53,310 bases of DNA from Porticoccaceae bacterium. Lineage in GTDB: Bacteria > Pseudomonadota > Gammaproteobacteria > Pseudomonadales > Porticoccaceae. Shown in pieces: positions 44,482-53,310 of this stretch. Position 1 is the first letter of the stretch, and every line of letters starts with the position of its first letter. Position numbers and translations under genes: made by a program. Under the pieces are notes generated by a model. The model ran no database searches. It had not been told where the DNA came from and saw only the letters and a program-made list of their open reading frames with translations. The stretch spans positions 1-53,310 of the forward strand of contig JAHRWI010000172.1 of NCBI GenBank assembly GCA_019090225.1, written 5' to 3'.

Positions 44482-46922
44482 TTAAAGCCTGGTTACGGCC
44501 CTGGCGGGACAGGGCCTTTCAGTTACTTGCCCTCGCAATCATCATTGCAGGCTTTGCCCTCTCCTCGATCATTTTATTGCACGCCGAACTGGAGCAGCGC
44601 TTTGCCGTGCGCACCGCTGAAATGCTCGGCGGCGAACTGACCTTAACCGGCACCCGCGCACCGGAACCCGACCAGCGTGAATTATTGAAAAACAAGCCTA
44701 TCGCCACGGTGGTCGACTTCTCTACCGTGCTGGTTCACAACGATGAACTACTGCTGGTCAGCGCCCGCGCGGTAGACGATCACTATCCCTTGTACGGCCA
44801 AATGCAAACGGCCCAGGGTCGTTTTGACAAAGCCCAGGCCGCACCTCAAGGCCCTTCGCCCGGCGAGCTGTGGGTTGCTGATCAAGTGCTTGATCGCCTA
44901 AACGTTAAACCCGGCGACAGGCTGGCGATTGGCAGTAAAGAACTCCTGCTCAGCGCGGTGATCCGACAACTGCCGGACCAAAGTGCGGGTTTTTATAGCA
45001 TGAGTCCGCGTATCGTTTTTAATGCTAAAGATTTGGCCTCGACCGGAGTGCTCGGCCCCGGCACGCGGATCACCTACCGCCAAATGATTAGTGGCGACGC
45101 TGCCACTATCGCCAAATTACAGGACAATCTCGACGCTACATTGAGGCCGGACCAACGGCTGGAAGACATCGAAAATGCCGCCGTGCGTTCCATGGGCCCT
45201 CTGCGGCAATTAACCCTGTGGGCCAACCTGGCGGTCTTGCTGGTTGCCATGTTATGCGGCGCGACGATTTATTTGGCCACCTCTGAGCGCGTGGCTCGGC
45301 GAGCGCGGCTAGCAGGTTTGTTACGCAGCTTCGGCGCACCCCGCCGCCAGATCATCTCGCGACTGCTGGGCGCAGAATTTATCGCCATACTGCCCGCCTC
45401 CGCCGCCGGTAGCCTGCTCAGCATCGGCTTAATCACGATCATTCACCAAAGCCTCGACTGGCAGGGTTCACTGGCTGCCACCGGCGTTCAATGGCTGACC
45501 ATCCTGATTGCACCCCTGGTGCTGTGGCTGGCCTTCGCCCTGCCCCGCTTGACCGCGCTAATCCGTGTCCCGGCCATAGACATACTCAATCAACGCAATA
45601 AAGCCAAACCCCTGTCGACCAATATCGAGCTGACCGCCGCCCTGGGCGCGCCGGTGCTGCTGGCAGGGTTTTTAACCAGCTCGCTGGCTGACCTGGGCAA
45701 CCTGCTTGTTCTATTAGTCGTTTTAGGTGCAGGCTTACCTGCTCTACTTTGGCCACTGCTAAAAGGGCTTGATTTAATCAGCGGCAAATTACCCCTGGCT
45801 TCTCGCCTGGCGCTACGCCGCCTGAGCCGCCGACCAGCACTGACCCTACCCCTGCTGGCAGCTTTAACCATGGCCATGGCGGTGATCGCCCTGGCCGGTC
45901 AAACCGGCAATCAGTTGCTCGACGAATGGCGCTCACGTCTGCCCGAGCAAGCACCCAATCATTTCGTGCTCAATCTGTTTGAAAAAGATTTCCAGGTCTT
46001 TAATCAATGGCTGGATAAACAAGAGGCCGTCACCCAACCCCTCTATCCCATTGTGCGGGGCCGCCTGACCGAAATTAATGGCGTGCCTGTGAGCCAGGCC
46101 GTCACCAAAGAAAAAGAAAACCGCAACGAAGCCCTGAACCGCGACCTGGCGCTGACCGAAGCCGCCGACATGCTGGCCAGCAACAAAATTAATTCCGGTG
46201 CCTGGCACCCGGCAAAGAATACTGTCTCCGTAGAACAGGAACTGGCCGATCGACTGGGCCTAAAACTGGGCGACAAACTCATGTTTATCACCAGTCGCGG
46301 CTCGGTGAATACGGAAATCGCCAGCCTGAGAGAAGTCGACTGGGATACCTTTGAACCCAATTTTTATTTTATGTTTGCACCCGGTGGCCTGGCCGAACAG
46401 GACATCACCTGGTTAACCGGCTTCTGGTTGCCAGACGGCGACGGCAAGCGCCTGGCCGAACTGATGATGCAACTGCCGCATATCACCCTCCTCGACGTAA
46501 ATACCCTGTTAAATAAAGCTAATGAAATTATTGGCCAGGCCAGCGGCGCCACCGCCTTGCTCGCCGTGCTGCTGATGATCGCCGCAGTCCTGGTGCTCAC
46601 CGCCGCACTGCTCGGCGGTCAGGCTCAAAGGGGTCGGGATAACGCGCTGCTGCGCACCCTCGGCGGAGACCGCGCTTTGCTTTACCGTGTCACATGGGCG
46701 GAATTTATTACTCTCTGTGGATCTGCAGGCCTAGCCGCGACTATTATAATTTTTTCAGCACTCTACCCACTCACCGCCCAATTGCTGAATGACACACCTA
46801 CGCTGTCATACTGGCAGTTGACACCACTGCTAATTGGTATCGTAGTCGCCAGTATTGGTGTGCTCGCCAGTCGCGGAGCTTTGAATATTCCGGCCCTGAG
46901 TTTATTGCGGGATGAAAGCTAG
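44478..46922 (+). CDS. ybbP: FtsX-like ABC transporter permease YbbP-like (duplicated FtsX domains)
   Basis: 814 aa. ATGA overlap with ybbA. Two blocks of TM helices separated by large periplasmic domains. Confidence 0.85.
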   Translation: MIKAWLRPWRDRAFQLLALAIIIAGFALSSIILLHAELEQRFAVRTAEMLGGELTLTGTRAPEPDQRELLKNKPIATVVDFSTVLVHNDELLLVSARAVDDHYPLYGQMQTAQGRFDKAQAAPQGPSPGELWVADQVLDRLNVKPGDRLAIGSKELLLSAVIRQLPDQSAGFYSMSPRIVFNAKDLASTGVLGPGTRITYRQMISGDAATIAKLQDNLDATLRPDQRLEDIENAAVRSMGPLRQLTLWANLAVLLVAMLCGATIYLATSERVARRARLAGLLRSFGAPRRQIISRLLGAEFIAILPASAAGSLLSIGLITIIHQSLDWQGSLAATGVQWLTILIAPLVLWLAFALPRLTALIRVPAIDILNQRNKAKPLSTNIELTAALGAPVLLAGFLTSSLADLGNLLVLLVVLGAGLPALLWPLLKGLDLISGKLPLASRLALRRLSRRPALTLPLLAALTMAMAVIALAGQTGNQLLDEWRSRLPEQAPNHFVLNLFEKDFQVFNQWLDKQEAVTQPLYPIVRGRLTEINGVPVSQAVTKEKENRNEALNRDLALTEAADMLASNKINSGAWHPAKNTVSVEQELADRLGLKLGDKLMFITSRGSVNTEIASLREVDWDTFEPNFYFMFAPGGLAEQDITWLTGFWLPDGDGKRLAELMMQLPHITLLDVNTLLNKANEIIGQASGATALLAVLLMIAAVLVLTAALLGGQAQRGRDNALLRTLGGDRALLYRVTWAEFITLCGSAGLAATIIIFSALYPLTAQLLNDTPTLSYWQLTPLLIGIVVASIGVLASRGALNIPALSLLRDES

Positions 46923-46924
46923 TC

Positions 46925-46943
46925 GGCCAATTTCAAATTGGCC
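46925..46943. repeat. 19-nt perfect palindrome GGCCAATTTcAAATTGGCC, 3 nt after the ybbP stop
   Basis: Read directly from the sequence. Its half-site GGCCAAT is shared with the palindrome at 48202-48218. It may act as a terminator hairpin between convergent genes. Confidence 0.6.
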
Positions 46944-47019
46944 AGAGAGTACTGAGCTAAGTTCCCCCCAATTGATCCAAAGATGAGGGACATTCCAAGA
47001 TCTAAGCTCGGATACTCTA

Positions 47020-47592
47020 CTATTCTTCCAGATCTTCAGCGGTAGGTGACAGTTCGCCAAACTCTCCTCCTGTAGGTAATGCAGGCTTGAAGTCGATATG
47101 GCAACCCTCGCAGATTTTTACAATTTCATCACCAACTGTAGATATTTTTTTAAGATCCCGCGCTTTGACGGCTACAACCGCGCTCGCGCCAACGTCGCGC
47201 AGCTGATCTGCCCACTGCTTCCAGCCTTTCTTGCTAGTCCATTCGTTATCCATAGGCCCTGTACCCGGCACACTCAACAAAGCGCCGCCAAGCTCAAGCT
47301 GCACGGCCCGACGCTCTAGCTCGCGCCACTCCTTGTCGGTTTCCGGATTATGCCAGGCTGCTACCCATAAGGGATCCGCAGCCTGATTAATCATAGCTAC
47401 CATCACTGTGTTTAGACTTACAGGCAAACGCACCACCGCCTGAGCAGGTTGAGCGGTTAACTCCATTGGAGCTACAGAGACCGGTTCGGCCTCAATCGTA
47501 GGCACCTTTTGCTCTGAACAAGCAGTAGCTAACAGTAGACTGGTACCTGCCAGGATCAGGCAGCTGTTACAAATTTTCTGGATTTTTTTCAT
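47020..47592 (-). CDS. lipoprotein c-type cytochrome, cytochrome c'-like (C-terminal CxxCH)
   Basis: 190 aa. Lipobox LLATAC and a single heme motif CEGCH near the C-terminus, as in class II cytochromes c. Confidence 0.6.
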   Translation of the reverse strand: MKKIQKICNSCLILAGTSLLLATACSEQKVPTIEAEPVSVAPMELTAQPAQAVVRLPVSLNTVMVAMINQAADPLWVAAWHNPETDKEWRELERRAVQLELGGALLSVPGTGPMDNEWTSKKGWKQWADQLRDVGASAVVAVKARDLKKISTVGDEIVKICEGCHIDFKPALPTGGEFGELSPTAEDLEE

Positions 47593-48201
47593 TCTTCTTA
47601 GTCCCCACTATTAAGAAACTTCTGATCGGGCAAAAACGTAACACAGAGCAAATACATAATAAATGACTCCAATCATGTCTTGGCTGATTATTTGGGTACT
47701 AGCTCGACCCTCGTGCGAGACCGGGGTTTTTAATCATGACAAAATTATAACGGTATCTCTGGCAGACTTATGTGAAAAACCAGTTTCACGACTTTAATCC
47801 TCACGCTTACTTCTAGCAATGCAACAGTGTGAATGTGCTTTTTCATAAAACAGCGATCTTTATGGCATTAATAAAATGTCAAGCCTGGACAAGATTCCTT
47901 GTCAATATCTTAGTGATCGTCATGAATTTGAAGAGGTACTCTCGGCCATTAAATCGACATTCAAATCGCAACTATCCGCTGAGCTCTAAAAGATCAATCC
48001 CCTCGCTTATCGGGTGCTAAAGTATTCAGCAAACTAAACCTTGCTGCTTGTTACTGGGCATCACTGCTGCCTCCTCACGCTGACAAGTAAACCCCATTAC
48101 CAACAAAATTCAAAAAACAACGATAGAGCCGCTAAGGCATCGTGGTGTCGGAATACAGATAAGACCGCATTTCAGCTTGCCGGGCGACACACCGAATCAT
48201 C

Positions 48202-48224
48202 GGCCAATATAATTGGCCTATAAT
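48202..48224 (+). promoter_or_regulatory. 17-nt palindrome GGCCAAT-ata-ATTGGCC abutting a consensus TATAAT box (candidate operator/promoter of the BVMO gene)
   Basis: Palindrome at 48202-48218 and TATAAT at 48219-48224, about 118 nt upstream of the ATG at 48342. The -35 region is poor (atcatc). Confidence 0.35.
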
Positions 48225-48341
48225 AAGCAAACTAAATACTATTCAAGCTAGTCTGCAAGTCCGAGTCAGGCACCGGGCCTTCGCTAAATCAACCACCTCT
48301 TTAACACCAACACTACGCACCTAAATTTGAAGGTATAAGTA

Positions 48342-49967
48342 ATGACAGAACCGAATAAGCAACTCAGCCAGACCAACGCCTCAACTCACCTCGATGCCCT
48401 TATCGTCGGCGCGGGCTTTGCCGGGTTATATATGCTGCACAAACTTCGTGAACAAGGCCTGACGGCGCGAATCTATGAGGCAGGTAGCGGCCCGGGAGGT
48501 ACCTGGTTCTGGAATCGTTATCCCGGTGCACGGGTCGATATTGAGAGCATGCAATATTCCTATCAATTCTCGGAAGAACTCCAGCAGGAGTGGGAGTGGT
48601 CGGAGCGCTACGCCCCCCAAGCGGAACTGCTAGACTACATCAACCATGTGGTTGAGCGTTTTGATTTGGCTAGAGATATTCAGTTCAACACCCGGATAGA
48701 CTCTGCCCTTTTTGATGAAGCCAACAATCTGTGGCAGGTCTCCGCGAGCAATGGCGATAAGCTCAGCGCCAAATATTGCATTATGGCTACCGGTTGTTTA
48801 TCTGCCGCCAACAAGCCCGATATTCCAGGCCTTAGCTCGTTTACTGGCCCGGTTTACCATACTGGCGAGTGGCCCCATGAAGCGGTGGATTTCACAGGCA
48901 AGCGGGTTGGTATTATCGGTACGGGGTCATCCGCTATCCAGGCAATTCCGATCATTGCTGAGCAGGCGGATCATTTAACGGTCTTTCAGCGTACGCCAAA
49001 TTTTTCCGTACCCGCCCACAATAAAGCCCTTGACCCTAACTACATCACAGACATCAAACAAAACTACACGGCCTTGCGGGACAGAGGCAAACAGGGATTC
49101 ACCGCTTTTGATACGCAATCGAATGAAAAAGCAGCGACAGAAATGACCGCAGAGGAAATCAAAGCTGAACTGAACAAACGTTGGCAAATGGGCGGATTAA
49201 ATTTTTACGGCGGATTTGCAGATTTCATGGTCAACCAGGAGACCAATGACATGATTGCTGATTTCGTTCGCGAAAAAATTGCTCAAAAAGTTAGCAATCC
49301 CGAAACCGCCAAATTACTCTCACCGAAAACCGTATTTGCCTGCAAACGCTTGTGCGCAGACACCGGTTATTTTGAAACCTACAATCGCGATAACGTGACT
49401 TTGGTGGATATCAGCAAGGCGGGCATTTCCACCATCACCCCAGAAGGCCTTAAGGTCGGTGACGATGCGTACACCTTTAACTGTCTGGTCTTTGCCACGG
49501 GCTTTGATGCCATGACCGGCTCATTGAATAAAATCGATATTCGCGGTATCGATGGTAAAACTTTGAAAGACAAATGGGCTGCGGGGCCTCGCACCTATTT
49601 GGGCCTGTGCTCAGCGGGCTTCCCTAATTTGTTTACCATCAGCGGGCCAGGCAGCCCCTCCGTGTTTACCAATATGATCACATCCATCGAACAGCATGTG
49701 GAATACATCAGTGACATTATTACTTATCTGGACGAGCACAAGCTATCGACCATAAACGCCACCGAGGAAGCCGAAGATGCCTGGGTGAATCACGTTAATG
49801 AAGTCGCCGATGGCACACTGTTGAACTCCTGTAGCTCCTGGTACCTGGGCGCAAACATCCCCGGTAAAGAAAGGGTATTTATGCCTTACATCGGTGGCTT
49901 TCCGCCCTATGTAGAAAAATGCGAGGAGGTTGCGGAAAGGGGCTATGAAGGGTTTACGTTGGCCTAA
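48342..49967 (+). CDS. type I Baeyer-Villiger monooxygenase (FAD/NADPH-dependent, cyclohexanone-monooxygenase-like)
   Basis: 541 aa. Rossmann motifs VGAGFAG and GTGSSA. BVMO fingerprint FxGxxxHxxxWP present as FTGPVYHTGEWP. Confidence 0.88.
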   Translation: MTEPNKQLSQTNASTHLDALIVGAGFAGLYMLHKLREQGLTARIYEAGSGPGGTWFWNRYPGARVDIESMQYSYQFSEELQQEWEWSERYAPQAELLDYINHVVERFDLARDIQFNTRIDSALFDEANNLWQVSASNGDKLSAKYCIMATGCLSAANKPDIPGLSSFTGPVYHTGEWPHEAVDFTGKRVGIIGTGSSAIQAIPIIAEQADHLTVFQRTPNFSVPAHNKALDPNYITDIKQNYTALRDRGKQGFTAFDTQSNEKAATEMTAEEIKAELNKRWQMGGLNFYGGFADFMVNQETNDMIADFVREKIAQKVSNPETAKLLSPKTVFACKRLCADTGYFETYNRDNVTLVDISKAGISTITPEGLKVGDDAYTFNCLVFATGFDAMTGSLNKIDIRGIDGKTLKDKWAAGPRTYLGLCSAGFPNLFTISGPGSPSVFTNMITSIEQHVEYISDIITYLDEHKLSTINATEEAEDAWVNHVNEVADGTLLNSCSSWYLGANIPGKERVFMPYIGGFPPYVEKCEEVAERGYEGFTLA

Positions 49968-50045
49968 GCCTGCAGGCCCCTATCGAAATATCCGGAGTTA
50001 TTTTAGCCGCATAAATACTCAGCACCTTAACAGGCCGCCTTAGAA

Positions 50046-51263
50046 TTACTTCTTGAGGTGGCCCTTTTCAATGTAACGCATTAAGGGTTTAAAGGTCGTG
50101 CCCTGCACCAGTAGACTAAATATCACCACGCCAAACACCATGGACTGTATGGTCCACCAGTAAGGCAGCGATACCGGTAGTGAGAGAACCAGCGCGATGG
50201 CGATGGCACCTCGCAGACCACCCCAGAACAACAGCACCTGCCAGACGCCGGATATGGGCCGCAGCATCGGTTTTGTTAACAGACCACAAAAGCCTACAGC
50301 TAGCGCTCTTGCAGCTAAGGCTGCTCCTATGGCAATGACCATCGCTAGCCATTGTTCCCGAAACATATTCCAGGTAATGACCAGGCCCATCAAGACAAAT
50401 AGCAGGCTGTTGAAGAGTAGCCCCAACCAGCTCCAGGTGTCGGCGATACCCGATAAAAACGTGGTTTCCTGCTCCCGTAACGCAATGCGCGCCACCAGAG
50501 CGCTGGCAACAATAGTCATAATGCCCGAGACATGGAGTAACTCTTCGGCCAGATAAAAACCGCCAAAGGCGGTAAAAACCAGTACCACGCTAGTGGCAGG
50601 AACCTTGCCCAATAGCAAAACCACGATTGCGGCCACCAGGCCCAGCAGTGCACCGAGCACCAGACCACCGAGAAATACCGTGCCAAAAAACACCAGATGG
50701 TTGGACGACTCCGCCATACTCCCGGTCGCAAAACTAAACACAATAACGAACAGCACCACAGCCGCGCCATCGTTAAAAAGACTCTCGCCCTCAAATAATG
50801 TGCCGAGATCAGCCGGTGCATTTAAGGTTTTTAATTGTGAGACCACCGCAATGGGGTCGGTTGCCGCCAGAATCGCTCCGGTCAGCAAGGCAGCTATCCA
50901 CGGGAAACTCGTGGGGTGGCCAACGCCCAAATACACCAGGCCTGCGGTAACAAAACAACTTACCAGCACGCCGAGGGTAGCCAGCAGCATAATGGGACTC
51001 AACCAACGCTTCAGCAAAGCAGGGTCAAGATGCCATGTTGCTTCAAATATCAACACGGGCAGAATGACAAAGAACACCAGGTCTTGCAGGCTATGGGCGC
51101 GTATGCCTGTGTCAATGCCCAGTAAAGGCACGGCCCAGCCAGCGAGCATTCCAGCGCCAAGACAAGCCAGGGTCAGATCGAGCCGTAACAGGCGGTGAAT
51201 CAGCATGCCGATAATAGCGACGCCGCTAAGAAATAGTATTTGGCCAATTAGTTCGGGAATCAT
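50046..51263 (-). CDS. cation:proton antiporter (CPA1, NhaP-type Na+/H+ exchanger), membrane domain only
   Basis: 405 aa with about 11-12 TM helices. Motifs ILAATDPIAV, FEGESLFNDG and WGGLRGAI. Confidence 0.85.
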   Translation of the reverse strand: MIPELIGQILFLSGVAIIGMLIHRLLRLDLTLACLGAGMLAGWAVPLLGIDTGIRAHSLQDLVFFVILPVLIFEATWHLDPALLKRWLSPIMLLATLGVLVSCFVTAGLVYLGVGHPTSFPWIAALLTGAILAATDPIAVVSQLKTLNAPADLGTLFEGESLFNDGAAVVLFVIVFSFATGSMAESSNHLVFFGTVFLGGLVLGALLGLVAAIVVLLLGKVPATSVVLVFTAFGGFYLAEELLHVSGIMTIVASALVARIALREQETTFLSGIADTWSWLGLLFNSLLFVLMGLVITWNMFREQWLAMVIAIGAALAARALAVGFCGLLTKPMLRPISGVWQVLLFWGGLRGAIAIALVLSLPVSLPYWWTIQSMVFGVVIFSLLVQGTTFKPLMRYIEKGHLKK

Positions 51264-52837
51264 GATGCTGACTCTGGCCCGGTCACCGATTGACCCACGC
51301 CGACCTGCACTGCAGGAATGATGTCGTATTCGGGCCGAGGCACCGCTGGCGGAAACAAGATTTCCATGGGTTCCGGAATACCCTGGGCATTGATGATTTG
51401 CGCGTGTTTTCGGGCCAGCTTGCGTGGCTGTTCAACGCCACAAGAATGGGCGATCACACCCACTTCGTAAACCAGATTTTTGGCAAAATTCGCCACCCGC
51501 TCAGCTTTGTCGGTGGGATCAAGCCCCCTCTGTAAAGCAATATCGTGAGTGGCAATTCCGGTTGGGCAGGTGTTTTTATTGCACTGCAAAGCCTGAATAC
51601 AGCCCAGGGCAAACATAAAACCCCGTGCTGAGGTGACAAAATCCGCGCCCATGCTCAGCGCCCAGGCTACATCAGCGGGGTTGATTAATTTCCCTGAGGT
51701 AATCACCTTGATGCGATCTGTTAGGTTGTACTCCAACAGTTTATCGACAACTAGAGGCAGACTGCGCCGAATCGGCAAACCCATATAATCTATTAGGCTT
51801 TGCGGGGCCGCACCCGTGCCACCATCGGCGCTATCGACAGTGATAAAGTCCGGCGCGTATTCAAAGCCACGTCGATGAATTACCTCACACATTTCATCCA
51901 GCCAGGTGCTGTCACCGATCACGGTTTTAAAGCCCGTGGGTTTCCCGGTAATAGTGCGGACATGAAGAATCTTGTCGAGTAGATCGTCAATACAACGAAT
52001 ATCGGTATGGCCATTTGGGCTAATGGAATCACTGCCCGCAGGTATGCCACGAATTTTTGCGATTTCTTCAGTGACCTTAGCACCCGGTAAAATCCCGCCT
52101 TTGCCGGGTTTGGCGCCCTGACTCATTTTGATTTCGAACATGCGTACCTGGGTGTATTCCGCGATGTCCCTGAGTTTGTCATCGGACAATTCACCTTCTG
52201 GGGTGCGCACGCCGTACTTCGCGGTGCCGATCTGAAAAACAATATCGCAGCCGCCTTCCAGATGATAAGGCGATAAACCGCCTTCCCCCGTGTTCATCCA
52301 GATACCGGCTTTTGCAGCACCAGCGGATAAAGCTCGCACGGCAGGAGTCGATAAGGCCCCATAACTCATACCAGACACATTGACCAACGAGGCAGTGGTG
52401 TAAGGCTCTGCGGCGAAACCCTCGCCAATAGTCACTGGCTCCGGCGGCAGGGCATCTTCGGTCAAGGTGGGAAACAGCCCATTCAAATAAATAATATCGC
52501 CGGGCTCATTGAGCGGCCGAGTCGAACCAAAGGCCACAGTGGAATCAACATTTTTAGCGGCCCGGTAGGCCCAGGAACGCTGGGCGCGGTTAAACGGTAA
52601 TTCTTCCCGATCCTGTGCGAAAAAATACTGGCGAAAAAATTCACCCATGTGTTCAAAAAAATAGCGAAACCGACCGACGATGGGATAGTTTTTTCTGATC
52701 GCCTGCTTTGTTTGTGTCACGTCGGCGAGGTAAAGGTAGGTAAGGATTAGCACCCCAACACCCAATACGAACACGAACAGCAGGGAGCTAATTTCTAATA
52801 CATTTACGGCAAATATTTTTAGTAGGTCCGTATCCAT
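51260..52837 (-). CDS. FMN-binding glutamate synthase (GltS domain 2-like) family protein with an N-terminal TM anchor
   Basis: 525 aa. N-terminal TM. Motifs MSYGALS, KMSQGAKPGKGGILPG and DSADGGTGAAP. Its stop overlaps the antiporter start (ATGA at 51260-51263). Confidence 0.85.
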   Translation of the reverse strand: MDTDLLKIFAVNVLEISSLLFVFVLGVGVLILTYLYLADVTQTKQAIRKNYPIVGRFRYFFEHMGEFFRQYFFAQDREELPFNRAQRSWAYRAAKNVDSTVAFGSTRPLNEPGDIIYLNGLFPTLTEDALPPEPVTIGEGFAAEPYTTASLVNVSGMSYGALSTPAVRALSAGAAKAGIWMNTGEGGLSPYHLEGGCDIVFQIGTAKYGVRTPEGELSDDKLRDIAEYTQVRMFEIKMSQGAKPGKGGILPGAKVTEEIAKIRGIPAGSDSISPNGHTDIRCIDDLLDKILHVRTITGKPTGFKTVIGDSTWLDEMCEVIHRRGFEYAPDFITVDSADGGTGAAPQSLIDYMGLPIRRSLPLVVDKLLEYNLTDRIKVITSGKLINPADVAWALSMGADFVTSARGFMFALGCIQALQCNKNTCPTGIATHDIALQRGLDPTDKAERVANFAKNLVYEVGVIAHSCGVEQPRKLARKHAQIINAQGIPEPMEILFPPAVPRPEYDIIPAVQVGVGQSVTGPESAS

Positions 52838-53310
52838 GATTTTTGCCTCTCGGTATCAACAGTAGAATTTGCTAGAGCCTGGATTTGCCAAAACGTGCTT
52901 TATTTAGATAAGCACAGCATCTAAATTTTATGTGGTGAGCCAATCCTGATGCTTCTGCTGCTTTTTATGGTGCACGCTGCGTGCCAATATCGATCTCTTT
53001 GTTTTATATCTATTTTCTTTATTCTGTTTATCCAATTTGTAACGAATTGATACCCACTGCCTTATCTCTTTAATTCGATTCATTACATTGGTCTGTCAAG
53101 CAACGCAGCATTAATAAATAACTGTCTCAAACGAAATACCGTTCAAGAGGAGACTTGGCCCCTATTTCAAATTATTCCAAATAATGGACGGAAAGCAGTG
53201 ACTTTGCCCTCTCTCAACAATTATCTACTTACTCGTTTCGTTACAAAACCCCTGTTTAGCACTCATCAATTCGTTACTAACTATAAATAATATTTATTAT
53301 TAATTTAATA

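Noticed and set aside
47829-48223. Two short plus-strand ORFs (63 and 60 aa) in the gap before the BVMO gene.
   Set aside because: There is no Shine-Dalgarno sequence, the composition is odd, there are no motifs, and the start of the second ORF is non-ATG. They are treated as non-coding.
1-53310. Mobile genetic elements, prophage remnants and toxin-antitoxin or restriction-modification modules.
   Set aside because: No transposase, integrase, recombinase, phage structural, methyltransferase or small paired TA-like ORFs were recognisable. No long inverted or direct terminal repeats were noticed.

Overview
53.3-kb chromosomal window from a gammaproteobacterium, roughly 50% GC by eye. I saw no transposase, integrase, phage gene, rRNA or CRISPR array.

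Left third (1-17.3 kb): conserved housekeeping genes in the order known from Pseudomonas. These are a truncated tRNA-Lys(UUU), queC, queE, cpoB, pal, tolB, tolA, tolR, tolQ, ybgC, ruvB, ruvA, ruvC, a small acidic ORF, yebC, aspS and an FmdB zinc ribbon, all on the minus strand. They are followed by an HU-family gene with a histone-H1-like tail, a HIT gene, proS and a secreted CX5R phosphatase-like gene.

Middle (17.4-30.6 kb): 13 tightly packed same-strand ORFs, almost all predicted to be envelope proteins. The set is built around a second, orphan MotA/ExbB/TolQ-family channel. It sits with two paralogous proteins that combine a TolR/ExbD-like Asp-containing TM helix, a coiled coil and a vWA domain. 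The other members are a degenerate Hsp70-like cytoplasmic protein, a PEGA-repeat plus Cys-less FGE-fold protein, TPR proteins, a TonB_C-like domain protein and four lipoproteins. I regard this as the best candidate for an undescribed PMF-driven trans-envelope system. I cannot verify novelty without database searches.

Right part (30.6-53.3 kb):
- An M48-LysM protease, a VOC protein and a secreted gluzincin-like protein.
- A HlyD/ABC-2 exporter and an LLM oxidoreductase.
- The uncharacterised retropepsin-like / 7TM-transglutaminase-like / RimK-like ATP-grasp triad.
- An EEP nuclease/phosphatase and tesA-ybbA-ybbP.
- A cytochrome c'-like lipoprotein and a Baeyer-Villiger monooxygenase.
- A CPA1 antiporter overlapping a GltS-like FMN protein.

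Several short tandem repeats and palindromes lie in intergenic regions. All coordinates and motifs were read by eye from the sequence and the ORF track. No searches were run.
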